Assembly (NCBI RefSeq): GCF_009834535.1 | Contig: NC_045698.1 | Coordinates: 870,001-934,000, forward strand | Reading direction: 5' to 3' | Length of the DNA stretch: 64,000 nt | Source: Camelus ferus | Lineage: Eukaryota | Shown: one piece after another, positions 24,901 to 36,900 of the stretch | How positions within the stretch are numbered: position 1 is the stretch's first letter | Layout: each line of letters starts with the position of its first letter | Made by a program: the position numbers and the translations under genes | The notes under the pieces: model-generated | Database searches by the model: none | Seen by the model: the letters and a program-made list of their open reading frames with translations, nothing else | What the model was told of the DNA's origin: nothing

Positions 24901-27900
24901 GAAGCAGAAGGGCTCTCTGGGCTCAGGCCGATGGGGAGCCCAGACTGTGCGTCTCGGGTGGCACCACACCGGTCCCCACCCTGGAGGACCATGCGCTCTG
25001 AGGACAGAAAGCAAACGCAGCCTCTGTACCGCGAGCCCCGAGCCACGTTTGCAGCAAGAGCTCGAACCCCCGTTTTACTAAAAGGAAGCGTGGCGGGCGC
25101 TGCCATCAGGACCTGAGCACCAAACTCCAAGAGTTTGTAAATGCAGCGGGCTCTACAGAGAGAAACCGGATGACGGAAAAATGGAAGAAGTCACCGGTCT
25201 GATCACTCAACTGGCCTTTATAAATCTAACTGTGAATGCATTTTGAATATTTTCAACAATCACCTCTTCACCAAAGCTGTGAGTTTTCAAAAGGTCCAAA
25301 AGTGTCATGCTTTATGGACAAGAGGGACGGCAATCACGATGGCTGGGCCACTGGGGGGCGCTCTGCACTCGGCTCAGGGTCAAGTCAGGGGTCAGGACGG
25401 CAGCGAGGCTCCCGGAGCCCTGCCTGCCTCCTGCCCAGACAGCCCTGCCCCTGAATCCACCCCGTCGTGCTCAGCGTGACACACTGGTCACCCGACTTGG
25501 CTCAGACTAACAGGAAGAGGGGCTGGTGGGCGAGGACGTGGGCAGCACAGGCCGGGCCAGGCAGGGGGCCGGGGGAGATGGAGCCCCGGGGAGAAGAAGC
25601 AGGCAACGGGTGGGCCGACCCACGAAGGGCAGCCGGAGCAGTGCTTTCTCGGCCAGGGCGCGGGGCGCGGGGCGCAGGGCTTGGGAAGGCGTCTTCCCTG
25701 AAGAGAGAGGGGCACATGGACGGCCGCAGTGCGGTGGACCCGGGGCGCCCAGAACCCGCGACGCGACCTCAGCTGGAAGAAAGGCTCTTTGCGGATGGAC
25801 TTAGTGAGGGTCCGGAGAGGGTGTCACCCTGAATAATCCCACGTGTCTCTTTCACGGACACACACGGAGGAGAAGCCACGTGATGGTGAAGAGATGGAGA
25901 GGAGGCGGCCCCGAGCCCAGGACGCCTGGGGCCCCGGGAGCCTCTGACAGGAGCGCAGTCCTGGCGCCCCCAGGTGGCAGCTACAACTAACGCACTGGGA
26001 CAGTTACTGAGCTGAGCCCGGCCTCTGGAACTTCTGTGTGATAAGGTAACGCGCTCTTATCAGAATCTGAAGAAGCATTTCAGCACATTACAGCCGAGGG
26101 CACTTGTGTGCTAGTAAGAAAGACCACAACGGTATTACAGAAGTCACAACAGAGAACAGGGATGCAAGGCCAGGCGCCGACTTCACGTGGGCGGATGTGA
26201 CCTGTGTGGGTGCGTGCTGTCCTGTGCTGTGACCTGCACCGGCCAGAAGTGGGGGTTCCCTCCCAGCAGGATGGGGGCTCGCGCTCTGGGGCGGGGCTTA
26301 CCCACTCCCAGTCGGGGAGGAGCTCCCTCCCTCCCAGTGGGGGGCGGGGGGCTCACTCACTCCCAGGGGGGAGCAGGGGGCTCACTCACTCCCAGCAGGG
26401 GGGGCGGGGGGCTCACTCACTCCCAGTGGAGGGGGGGGCTCACTCACTCCCAGTGGGGGGGGCAGGGGGGCTCACTCACTCCCAGTGAGGGGGTTGGGGG
26501 CTCACTCACTCCCAGCGGGGGTGGGCGGGGGGCTCACTCACTTCCCCATATCGGGATGTCTCTGCTCTCTGCCTTCATCACGATGGAGGACATTGTCATG
26601 GTGACGGGGATGGCATCGAAGTAGGAGGAGTGTGGTGCCAGGGTGAGGATGGCGGCCTCGGAGGGCAGTGCCTGCTGCCCCTTCACGGCCACGCGGTGGA
26701 AGCCGCCGGCGAACCACATGGTGCGCATGATGGCCCTGAGCAGAACATCCACGACCCTGCAACAGAAGCGCCACGTCACAGCCAGGCTGGCAGCGGACGC
26801 ACCCTGATCCCCACAGCCCGGCAGGGGCCACGCCAACCCGAGGAGAACTGGGCCAGGGCCCACCCATCCGGCGCGTGGTCCAGGCCAGCCGGACCCGCCG
26901 CCGCAGTCACCAAAGCGTCCTGAGCAGGGAAGGAGAGGAGCTGCGCGCTCTTCCCTCTGGCTGTTTAAACATGTCTGGGACGACTCTCTCAGTCAGTCAA
27001 GGAAACCAAAGCTGGCTCTGCCACGTGGCACCCACCGCAGCTTGGACACGGCAGGGACCCTGAGGCAAAGAGTGGGGCCCATGGCCAGATCAGAGAGACG
27101 AGACTGTCAAGGGACTGATCAGCATTCTAAGCGTCTAAGTTTTCAATGGAAAATCGTCATTAACACCTAAAACATGTTATCGGGACGTGGAGGGGCAGTC
27201 GGCCGGGGTCAGGAGCAGAGACCTGTGGGCGAAACTCCCCAACCTCAGTTCCCACGGGCGGCCTGACGTCCCCAGGATGCAGGCGCGATGCTGTTTCCTG
27301 CCACGTGGCCCTGCGTGTGCAGCCATCTCGAGCCCCCTGTGGTTGGGGCCCATCCACAACAGGCCCAGAGCAGCCCGCTCTTGCCCAGGGTGATGCAGGC
27401 AATGGCAGAAAAGCCACCAACACGACGGAGAGCAGCCTGTGGGGGCCAAGAGGAGGGCGGCAGGGCTGGCCTCCACCACCTGGCCTTCCTGCGTCATTCT
27501 GGCAGAAGTGAGAGCGCGCACCCTGTCCCCAGTGAGCGCCCACAACCAGCCCTGCCCAGCTGAGGTTTGTCACCCTCTAGTGAGGGAAGGAAGAATTTTT
27601 AAAAATTAGTGAATTATGGACACTGAGTTAAAAAGAGACATTGTCCGTGAAAAGGTGAAACAGGAAGGAGAGAGAGGTGAGGAGGGTCAGAACAGAGAGG
27701 AGGCGGCTCAGGATGAAGCGGTGGGGCAGGGCTGAGGCTGCGCACGCTAGGTGGGGCTCATGCCACAGGGAGGACAGCCGTGCAAAGGCCCTGAGGCAGG
27801 GGCACCCTCAGTGGGGGACAGAGTGGGGAGGAGGACAGTGGGAGGGGCAGCACGTCTTGGGGGCCTGGTGGGTGCTGAAAGGCACTGGGGACGCGGATGT

Positions 27901-30900
27901 GGGCGCCCCTGCAGGGCTGAGCATGGAGGGGAGCTGTGCCCCGAAGCAGGTGTGCAGGAAGCAGGAGGGCAGGTGGCAGGCTGTTCCGGGAACTCAGGTG
28001 AGTGACAATGGGGGGTAGGCTGAGTGGAGGGGTCAAGGGCCTTCTGAGGGCAGTACAGGTGGGAGGCGTGAGGTGGGGGGTCCCAGTGAGGAGGGTGGAG
28101 GAGTGGCTGTAGCTACAACAGGTGGGGACATGGGAGCCAGCTGTCCAGTTCAGATGCGTTGAGCTGAGGTCACCCACAGACAGACAAGCTTGGCGTTTGG
28201 CGGGAGGAGAGCTGTTGGCTCATGGATGGTGGTCAGTGTCCCAGACCTGGATGAGCTCACCAGGAGAGCACAGGATACACGAAGTAGGGGCCGGGGGGAG
28301 GGAGAAGCAGTGATGGGGAGAGGTCCAGGTGGGGGGAGCCCCCGACACCTCGCCTGGGGCATGACTGTGGAGGGGCCCCCGACCAGGCGGGTGTGTGAGC
28401 CATGCAGCCCGGGCCCGGCCCACCTGGGACTTTAAGACACAGCAGAGAACACAGACCTGCACGTTTCAAATGGTTTTGCTCCGAAAGGGCGCTCACAGAT
28501 GGGGCAGGAGCTGGCACTGGGAGGGGTGTGGGCTGGCCTGTGTGCTGGTGGGACCCCCAACCACCGACATCGGAGAGGGGCCTGAGCCTGTCCTGGAGCA
28601 GCGAGGAGCCCAGTGCTCAGTGCCGGGACAGGCCGGCCACTAGCAGGGGTGGTCCTGGCCGCAGGCAGGAGGTGATGCTGCGCTGCGGGGCTTCCCAGGG
28701 GCAGTTCCAAGCTGAGACACCGGGGAGTGGGGGGTGGGGAGGGCATCCCAGGAGAGCAGAGGAAAGCAAAAAGCAAGTCCAAGTTCGGGCTGCAGCCTCC
28801 TGTGTCCACGCGGCATCCCAGAGTCGCTAAGGAGACAGACTCAGATCTGGGGGTGGGAGCCCCACACAGCCACTCGGGCAAGCGTCCCCCCAGGTTCCTA
28901 TGTTGAAGCCCTAAGCCCCCACCCCCCGCCGTGTGACTGGATTTGGTAAAAAGGTCCAGTGAGGTCCTGGGGAGGGGCTCTGGTCCAACAGGACTGCTGC
29001 CCTTATAAAAGAGAGAGAGGATGAATAAGAAGGTGGGTCTGCAGCCGGGAGGAGGTGTCACCAGGAGCCGGGTCTGCCGGCACCTTGATCTCTGACTTCT
29101 AGCCTCTAAAACCCTGAGAAATGAATCCCTGCGGTTTGAGCCCTCCACCTGCGGGACGTGGACGTCACACCGTCCTCCCAGACCGCGAGCTGGCCGAGGG
29201 CAGTGCCCACGGGAGCAGCCTGCCTGGCTCAGGGGTCAGCCTGCTGGCCGGGTTTTGTAAGAAGATGCTGCGGTTTTTACAACACTTTGTGTTTTGAAAC
29301 ATACAGCAAGTGTCTTTTATGAAATTGTGTCATTCCTCCTCTCACTGAAAACCTAAGATATATTTTTGAAAAGTCTGAATGACACTCTTACATTCAGCAA
29401 AAAGTCTCCCCAGTGCAGCATCGATCTACTCAAAACCACAGCGCTGTGCACAGTGCGAAATAAGGCGCCCCCCAGCTGCCTGCACGGTGTGTGTGCACGG
29501 TGCCTCCTAGTGCGTGTGTCCCACTCCCCGGACCCTGTTATTTCAAGCCAGTCTCCTCCCAGCCCCCCAGGGCTCAAGCCCAGCCGCTGCTGTCTCCATG
29601 TCTCCTCTGAGGAGCTCAGTGCCTGGTGTCTGTTCTCATCTCCCCGGAGACCCGGCCCAGCCCAGGGCTGCGCACTGAGCTCTCAATAAACACTGCTGCG
29701 TGGACACCCCGAGGGCTGCGCCAGGCGGGGGGGACTCAGCGTGCGCGACGTATGCAGCTGGGGTCCACACCAGGACACGTGCACACACATGTGCATACAC
29801 ACATGCTTACATGCACACGTACACAGGCACACAGACACAAATACGTGCACACATACATACACACAGACATGCACATACACTCGAATGCATATATGCACAC
29901 ACACATACTCAAACCCATGTGCACAGACACATGCACCTGTGCACACACAGAAAGATGCAGTCAGCCTCCACGGACCCGAACAGCCAGAGTTCCCAAGAAA
30001 CTTAAAAAGCCCCGCATCTCCCTGCACAGGGCCCGCCAGGTGTGCACGTCACACACACGTCATGCGTGCATGTCACACACACACACGGGCACAACACACA
30101 CATGCTCACGGGCATGTCAAACGCACAGCATGTGCGCACACCACACACATCACACACACGCACATGGGCACATCACACACTTGCTCACGGGCATGTCAAG
30201 CACACACCATGTGTGCACACCACACACGGGCACATCACACACGTCATGCGTGCACATCACACGTGCACGCGGGCATGTCACATGTGCACACCACACACTC
30301 ACACACATGCACCTCACATACACACGCACACAGGCACCTGTGAAGTGGGCTGCAGCAACCCAACAGCTTGGCCGCTTAATTGCCCGATGAGACCGAGCAC
30401 ATTATTATCACAGACAGGAAAAGCCACGGGAGCCAGCAGGCGACGTGGAAATTGCCCTTCTCATCTGTTTTGAAAAGACAGACCCTGCGGTGTGAGGACC
30501 CCCCTCTGCGGGGGCACAGGAGGGCAGGAGCCCAGCCCAAGAGCAGAGCAGAGGGAACGGGGAGTCAGGTCACCTGTGAGTTGTCACAACCACAAAGTCT
30601 CGGCTTTCAAGCCATGGGTTCTCAACCCAGTGAAACTGAAATTCTGATTCTTATTTGGTCTAGATTTATTTTGTTTGATTATATATTTGATACGAAAATC
30701 ATATTTTAGTTAAAACATACAAGAAACACCTCGAGGTAAAGCATGATTTCCAAAGAGCTTAGGAACCCAGCCCCCTCCCTCCCCGTCCCTCTCTCTCTCA
30801 CTCACTGATGCATTCATGCTTTTGGGAGAGAGCTTCCTGCCCCCAGGCCAGGCTCCGCGCTGGGGACACATGGGGAGACGGTCTCGGGGCCTTCGGGCTT

Positions 30901-33900
30901 CCGGGGAGGAGCAGAGACCGAGGTTCACTTGAAACTGGGGAAGGTCTGAGAACATGAGGCACATCGGGACGGTGAGAGGCCCCAGGCTGCGCCCTGCTCA
31001 GTGATGGCTCAGCAAACCCCTGAACCTTAACCGGCCGTCTTCAGCCTGCACGTGGCTGACCGTGGCCCGCGGGCGGTGGAGAACCAACATCCCACAGAGA
31101 TGCCATTTCCACAGCCTCTCAGGGGCACCAACGTTCCTGCAGCTCAGACACTGGAGAGGAAGGAGGGCCAAGCTGGTCCCTGTACCGTGAAGGGCCGGGG
31201 CCAGGAGCTCAGGCTTTGCTGGCCCGAGGGCTCGGCCACACAGCCTGCGATGGGGGCGGGGGCTGCGTCCCCATCAGGCTCCACTTGAAAACACAGGTGG
31301 CAGCTGGCCTTGGCCTGCGGCCCTCCTGCCACACCCCCGCCCCCGCACGAATCTAACAACATTTCTGTTCCAAATAAACCCTTCGCCCCTGTGACTGACC
31401 AGAGACGTGGACGGGGGAGGCCACCAGCGCCTGGCCTTCGCAGGACAGGTGTCCTCCAAGACGCTCAAAGCACTCGCCGAAATCCTTACAGCTGCGCAAC
31501 CTTCCCTTTACTGAGGGCAGATACTACGAGTTAAAACCAGCGTTAGGTGTTCAAATACATGAGAAAGCGCTGTGACCTAATTTAGTATTTCGAGGTCCCT
31601 GTCGGGTCTGCAGTGAAGATGTGCCCACAGCCCGCCCCTCCGCAGGCGGCGGCTTATTCACGTTCTCTGTGTAAAAGAGGGCAATGCCTAGGTCTGTGAA
31701 CCGGGGGGGACGTTGACCCTGCAGAGGCCAGGCCGGGGCCAGCGGGCGGGACAGACGTCGGCTGACGCGCAGCCCTGGGCAGGATAACACGGAGACACGG
31801 GGGACCTCTGCGCTCGGACATGCGGCTCGCAGAACCCTGGAAGGAGCCCCAGGCAGGACTGCGGCAGGGATGTGGCGGGGACCCTGGTGCTGGGCGGGGA
31901 AGATGGACTGGCCCACGGAGGGCTGGCTCTGTGACACCGGCCCTCGATCGGAGCCCCCACAGGCAGGCGACTTACTTCCTCCACGAGGCCAGGGGCTGTT
32001 CCGGTTCCCTCTCAGCGGATCCCAGCGAGGCCACAAGCGCCAGGGGCCAGGCCAGCAGCATCATGCAGGCGGCAAACAGCAGGCGGATGGGGAAGAGCGT
32101 CAGCGTCATGATGGTGACCTGGGGAGACAGGCCGTGTCACTGCGGAAGCGGCGTCCTCTGGGCCCCCTGGGCTGGCCCGCCCTGCCCGGGCCGCTGACCT
32201 CCCTCCCGTGGACAGCAGGGTGGGGCCAGCTCTGGACATCCCACTCGGGGTCCCTGGCCACGCTGCTGCCCCACCGGCCCGCTGCCTCCTGCAGGCACCC
32301 TGGGGGGCAGCATGGGAAAGGGGGCTCTCTCTCCCAGTGGACAGCGCTTGCCCACTCCCGGCGCCCCCACCAGGCAGCCCCCTCTCCAGGCCCAGCAGAG
32401 CCGCCCTGCTCCTCTGAGCCCCCCCGTAGTGCCCCCACCCCCACACACAGGAGGGGGCTTTCAGAGCACTGAGTGGCCATCTGTGAAGCGTCGAAGTAGC
32501 AGGTACAGCGTCGGCAAGAGTGAACCGTGGACAAGGGAGACTGGGGGTTCAGGGACTTTCCAGCCACAGGACAGGACAGGAGCCCAGCAGAGAGGGAGGT
32601 ATTGAAGGCCAAAGGTCTGGTCAGGAGGACGGGGGTTGGGGGTGATGCACTGGGGATCAGTGGGGAGGGGCAGGTCCTGCAGGTTGCGGGGGAGGGAGCC
32701 ACAAGTGCTGGGGGGTGGGGATGGACACACGGTTCAGCAGAGCAGCCGAGTCGGGGGAGGCCCGGGTGGACGGCAGCTATAACTCAGCTCATCGGTGCAC
32801 AAAGTGACATCTGATTCCGCACGGGGGGCGGGGGGGCGCTGGGGTGGGGGCGGGGTGGGTGCTCCAGAACAACGTGTTTTGTGATGAACCCAATCTCAGG
32901 GGGTCAGCTAGAAATGGGGCAGCAGAGGGGTGACGAGACGTGAAACTCACTGAGCGCTGTGACCAGTAGACGCAGCTCTCTATTACTGCAAGGAAACACT
33001 CTCAGGACACGTAGGACTTGGTGCGGGGGAGACAGCAAAGACAGGGGAAGAGACCCAGGCCCACTGTGCCACATCGAGCTGCTCGAGGCCCCCGCCACCC
33101 CAGCTCACACTGCTGGCCTCTGCACCACAGGCCTGCACGCTGACCGCCCCCATGGGCCTGCGAGATTCTCCAGGGTCCCCAGCGAGGCCAGCATGGCCCA
33201 ACAGGAGCCCGACTCAGGCCACATGTGCAATTGCACATTTTCCAGCAGCCAAATTAAAACCCATAGAGGTGATGAAACGAACTCAACGTGCGTTTAACTC
33301 AGCACACCCGAAGCAGCGTCCTTTCGGCACGTTCCCGGCACAGAAGTGCCGATGAGCCATTTCACGCTTCCCTCGTAAAGCCCAGGAAATCCCGTGTGTC
33401 TTCATCCCTCACACATGCCCACATTTTGAATCCCCAGCAGCTGAGAGGGGGCCCTGGGCCCGGGTCTCCACGTGTTGCAACAACGGTGATTTTTAACCTC
33501 CCTCCTCTCTGAGGGCCGGCTGTCACCCTGGCTGAACCTGCAGTTTGAACACGGGGTGGAACAGGATGGTGACACCAGATCTGTGTGGTGGACCTGGTGG
33601 CCACGTTTCCCGTTAAGTGGGGGGCTGCTCGAGGTTGTCAGAGGGCGTCCCTGCTGAGGGAATGCACCCTCCACCCCTGGTTTCCTAAGGGTTTGGTTTT
33701 GCCTTCAGCACGAGCGGGGCCGAATGTTACCACGTCTTCCCGTGACCCGCGGGGCCATCACACGCTTGTCTCCACGGCAGTCTCGGCTTTCCTGGCGTTA
33801 CGACCTTGGTTGCTGGGCTGGAAAGCCACCTGCTATGACGTCTCTTTTAAGGACTCGGGTCTGTTTGCCCGCACGCGTCGGGGACAGTGGGCCTGGCCGT

Positions 33901-36900
33901 CACCCATCCTCGGGTGGGCCCCGCGGTCACAAGGCCAGACGCCAACACACATCAGAGGAGGAGCTTCTACAGAGCAGCGTTCTGATGGCCGCTCTGATGT
34001 CTTCTGACTGTTTACCTAGATTTCCTATTTTTCCTGAGTCACTTCAGCATTTTCTCAGGGAGAACATTCTCTCCGGGTGTCCCCAGCCGGCGTCTCCTCC
34101 CCACCCGGCTTCCTGACGGGCGTGTTTGCAGGATGACTGCCTGGAGCCGCTCCCGTGAAGTCGCGTCAACCCTGCCCTGACCCAGGGTGTCGCTGCAACA
34201 CCGCTGCGCCTGCACTGCGGACGCGCTCCTCCTTTGTTCCTCCGTTTAGGGAACCGCGTCTGGACCCTCTCCTTGTCGCGCTGCGCCCTCCGCAGGCATC
34301 TGAATCGCGGCTCTTACAAGCACCTCTCTCGTCTGCTCTGCGTTCACTCTGAGGGTCTTTTTGACTTCTTGAGGGGAGAGCCTGGAGCATGACTTGCAGA
34401 AATATCTTATTTACCAAGACTCACATTGAGAAAACAGCTTTCTCGGAGTAACATTCTAATCCGACTCCACAAGCTTCAAACGTCGCCTTCCCTTCATTTT
34501 AAAATGCAGGTTAAGCATCACCTCCTGCTCCTTCCTTCCCTGTCACTTCGCAGTTCTGCTCGGAGGGAAAAGAGGTGCCGTCTGCAGACACTCCACCCCG
34601 CTGGGCCCCGCTTCTCGGGCTCCCGGCTCCGGGGAGGCTGTGCTGGAAACCCACACACCTGCGACCCCGCACACCTGCTCAGCGTTTCAACCCACTGCTG
34701 CCGGCTCGTCCAAGTTCAGAGCAGTTCCGTCACCGGAGAGTTTCCTGCATGTTCCCATAAGCAGACCCTGAAGCCGAGCCTGTGCCACAGACAAAATGAA
34801 CGTGCGGCGAAGCAATGGCCCAGGCTCCCGGCGCCCACCACGCCCAGATCGCTCCCGAATGCTAGCGGACCACCCCCTACCCTGCAGCCACATTCCATGA
34901 CCAGGATGGCTGCCACCACAAATGACGGCATAGAACAGGTGGTCCCAGGGGTTCCTGAGGCAGGACCCTGCTTCCAGAGCCCCACCCCAGGCCTCTGAGA
35001 ACCGAGACTGTAGAGGGGCTCCTGGGGGCCCCGGGGAGGCAGCGCCCCACTCGGTCCCGACCAACAGGGAGGTGATGGCGAGTCTGGGGTGGGTGACCAG
35101 AGTCGGGGCAAGTACACTGCTCAATCTGCTGGTCCCAGAGGCTGGTCAGCAGGTGGGGTGCACTAGGCCACTGCATGTGGGACATCATGTGTGACCCCAT
35201 GTGCACCTCGGGGGATGCATTCCTGCTCCCACTTGGTGTGCATCGGGGGAGAACACAGTCCTCGGTTCTGAGTTCCGCAGCAGGCAGGGAGAGGACGTGT
35301 GAGTGACCACAGAGCCTCTGACCCTCAGCAGACAGGCCCCCACGAGCCTGTCGGTCGGCCCTGCTGGCATGGAGGAGGGGGTGGGAGGCAGCGGTCCCAG
35401 CGCACGTGCCCTGAGGGCAGTGGAAGCTGCTTGGAGGGCCTGCACCTTCGGGAACCCACAGGCTGCCGGAGGGACTGGCTTCCTGAAATGCTTCCTGAGA
35501 CGCTGCCCACAGCCTCGGTCCTGCACATCAGCATGAGCCTGGTCCCCTCGAAAGTGCCAGGTCAAACACAGGGAGGTCCCCGAGCCACACGAGGGTTTGT
35601 GACGCAATCCTACGGGCAGCGGCATCCAGAGTCTCTGCTGAGCTGCTCAGTTTAAACTGTTAGGGGGTTGGCTGCGAACACTGCCCCGTCAGAGGGTTTG
35701 ACACAAGTCACCAGGACATGCACGTCCTCAGCGCATCCGAGTTGTCGGGCAGCCAGTTAAACCAGGTCTGAGGGTGCACAGCCACCCTCCCCGGGCATGT
35801 TTCGTTACGGGTCCCCAGCAGAGCTGTCCAGGCTCGGGTCAGCATTTCCTGCCAAAGGGACCCAAGGCTCCTGAGTGAAGTGGCTCCAGGTCCAGGTCGG
35901 GGTAAAAGTGTAGGAGGTGACCCTGGAACACTGGGACAGCCAAGGTCCCCGGACTCAGGCCCCCACGCAGAGGGGGCGATTGGAACACGGACAAGAACAG
36001 TCCACGCGTGACGTGACCTTCACACTGCACACCACCGCGACCCCATGGCGGGCACATGCACACATCCACACACACGCTCACAGGCACATGCCCCAGCCTC
36101 ACCGGCCGCCTTTGGATGGCCCTAGGAAACCGGCCGAGAGCACAACAGGCTTCATGCTGTCTGTCCCTCGGGGCAGCCAAGGGGTGGAGGGGCTGTGTCC
36201 GTAGACCTGCCCACGAGGGGCTGGCACAGGCTTCCAGAACCCGCCCTCCAGGCACACTCAGATGACAGAAGGTCCTGCCCAGATGCAGATCAGCAGGCCT
36301 GCATGGCCGTGCGTGTGGGGGCCACGGAACACCCAACAGAAATGGCATCTCTCCAGTTCTAGACCAAGCCACCAGCTTCCAGAAAGCACCGAAGCCTGGG
36401 ACACAGTCAGCAGAAGGCAGACTGGGAGACACAGACGCCCCACACGCACCGCAAGGAAAACAGCCAAGACAGAGCTAGAAGGGGGCCCTCTGATCAGGAC
36501 GTGCCTGGGGCACCTGCTCGCTGACCCGCCCCACAATGGACACCTTGAAGCGGGCAGCTGGCACCTTCAGGGCTGATGATGGCCAGCGCGGGGTGGCCAC
36601 TGCCTCCCGCGTGAGATGCAGGTGCAACGGGATGCTGTGGGTGAGATGCTGAGGTCTGGGCTTGGCTTCCGAATCACTGGTTCGGGGGGTGTCGGGGGCC
36701 CAGAGGGGCCCGAAGTGGGTGACTGCTGAAGCCGGGGGGTGGGGGGCTCGTTACACTTTTCTCTGCTTTGGTGTTAGGGGCTGAACTGTGTCCCCCAAAC
36801 TCGTATGTTCAAGTCCTGACCCCCAGCACCTCAGAATGTGACTATTTTGGGAGGTGGGGTCTTCAAAGAAGAGATTAAGGTAAATGAGGCGAGTAGGGTG

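Noticed and set aside
26290..26541. Repeat-spacer pattern superficially like a CRISPR array
   Set aside because: Eukaryotic intron; the spacers are G-runs rather than unique sequence; no cas genes
29626..30473. His/Thr/Cys-rich ORFs
   Set aside because: Translations of CA-rich low-complexity sequence
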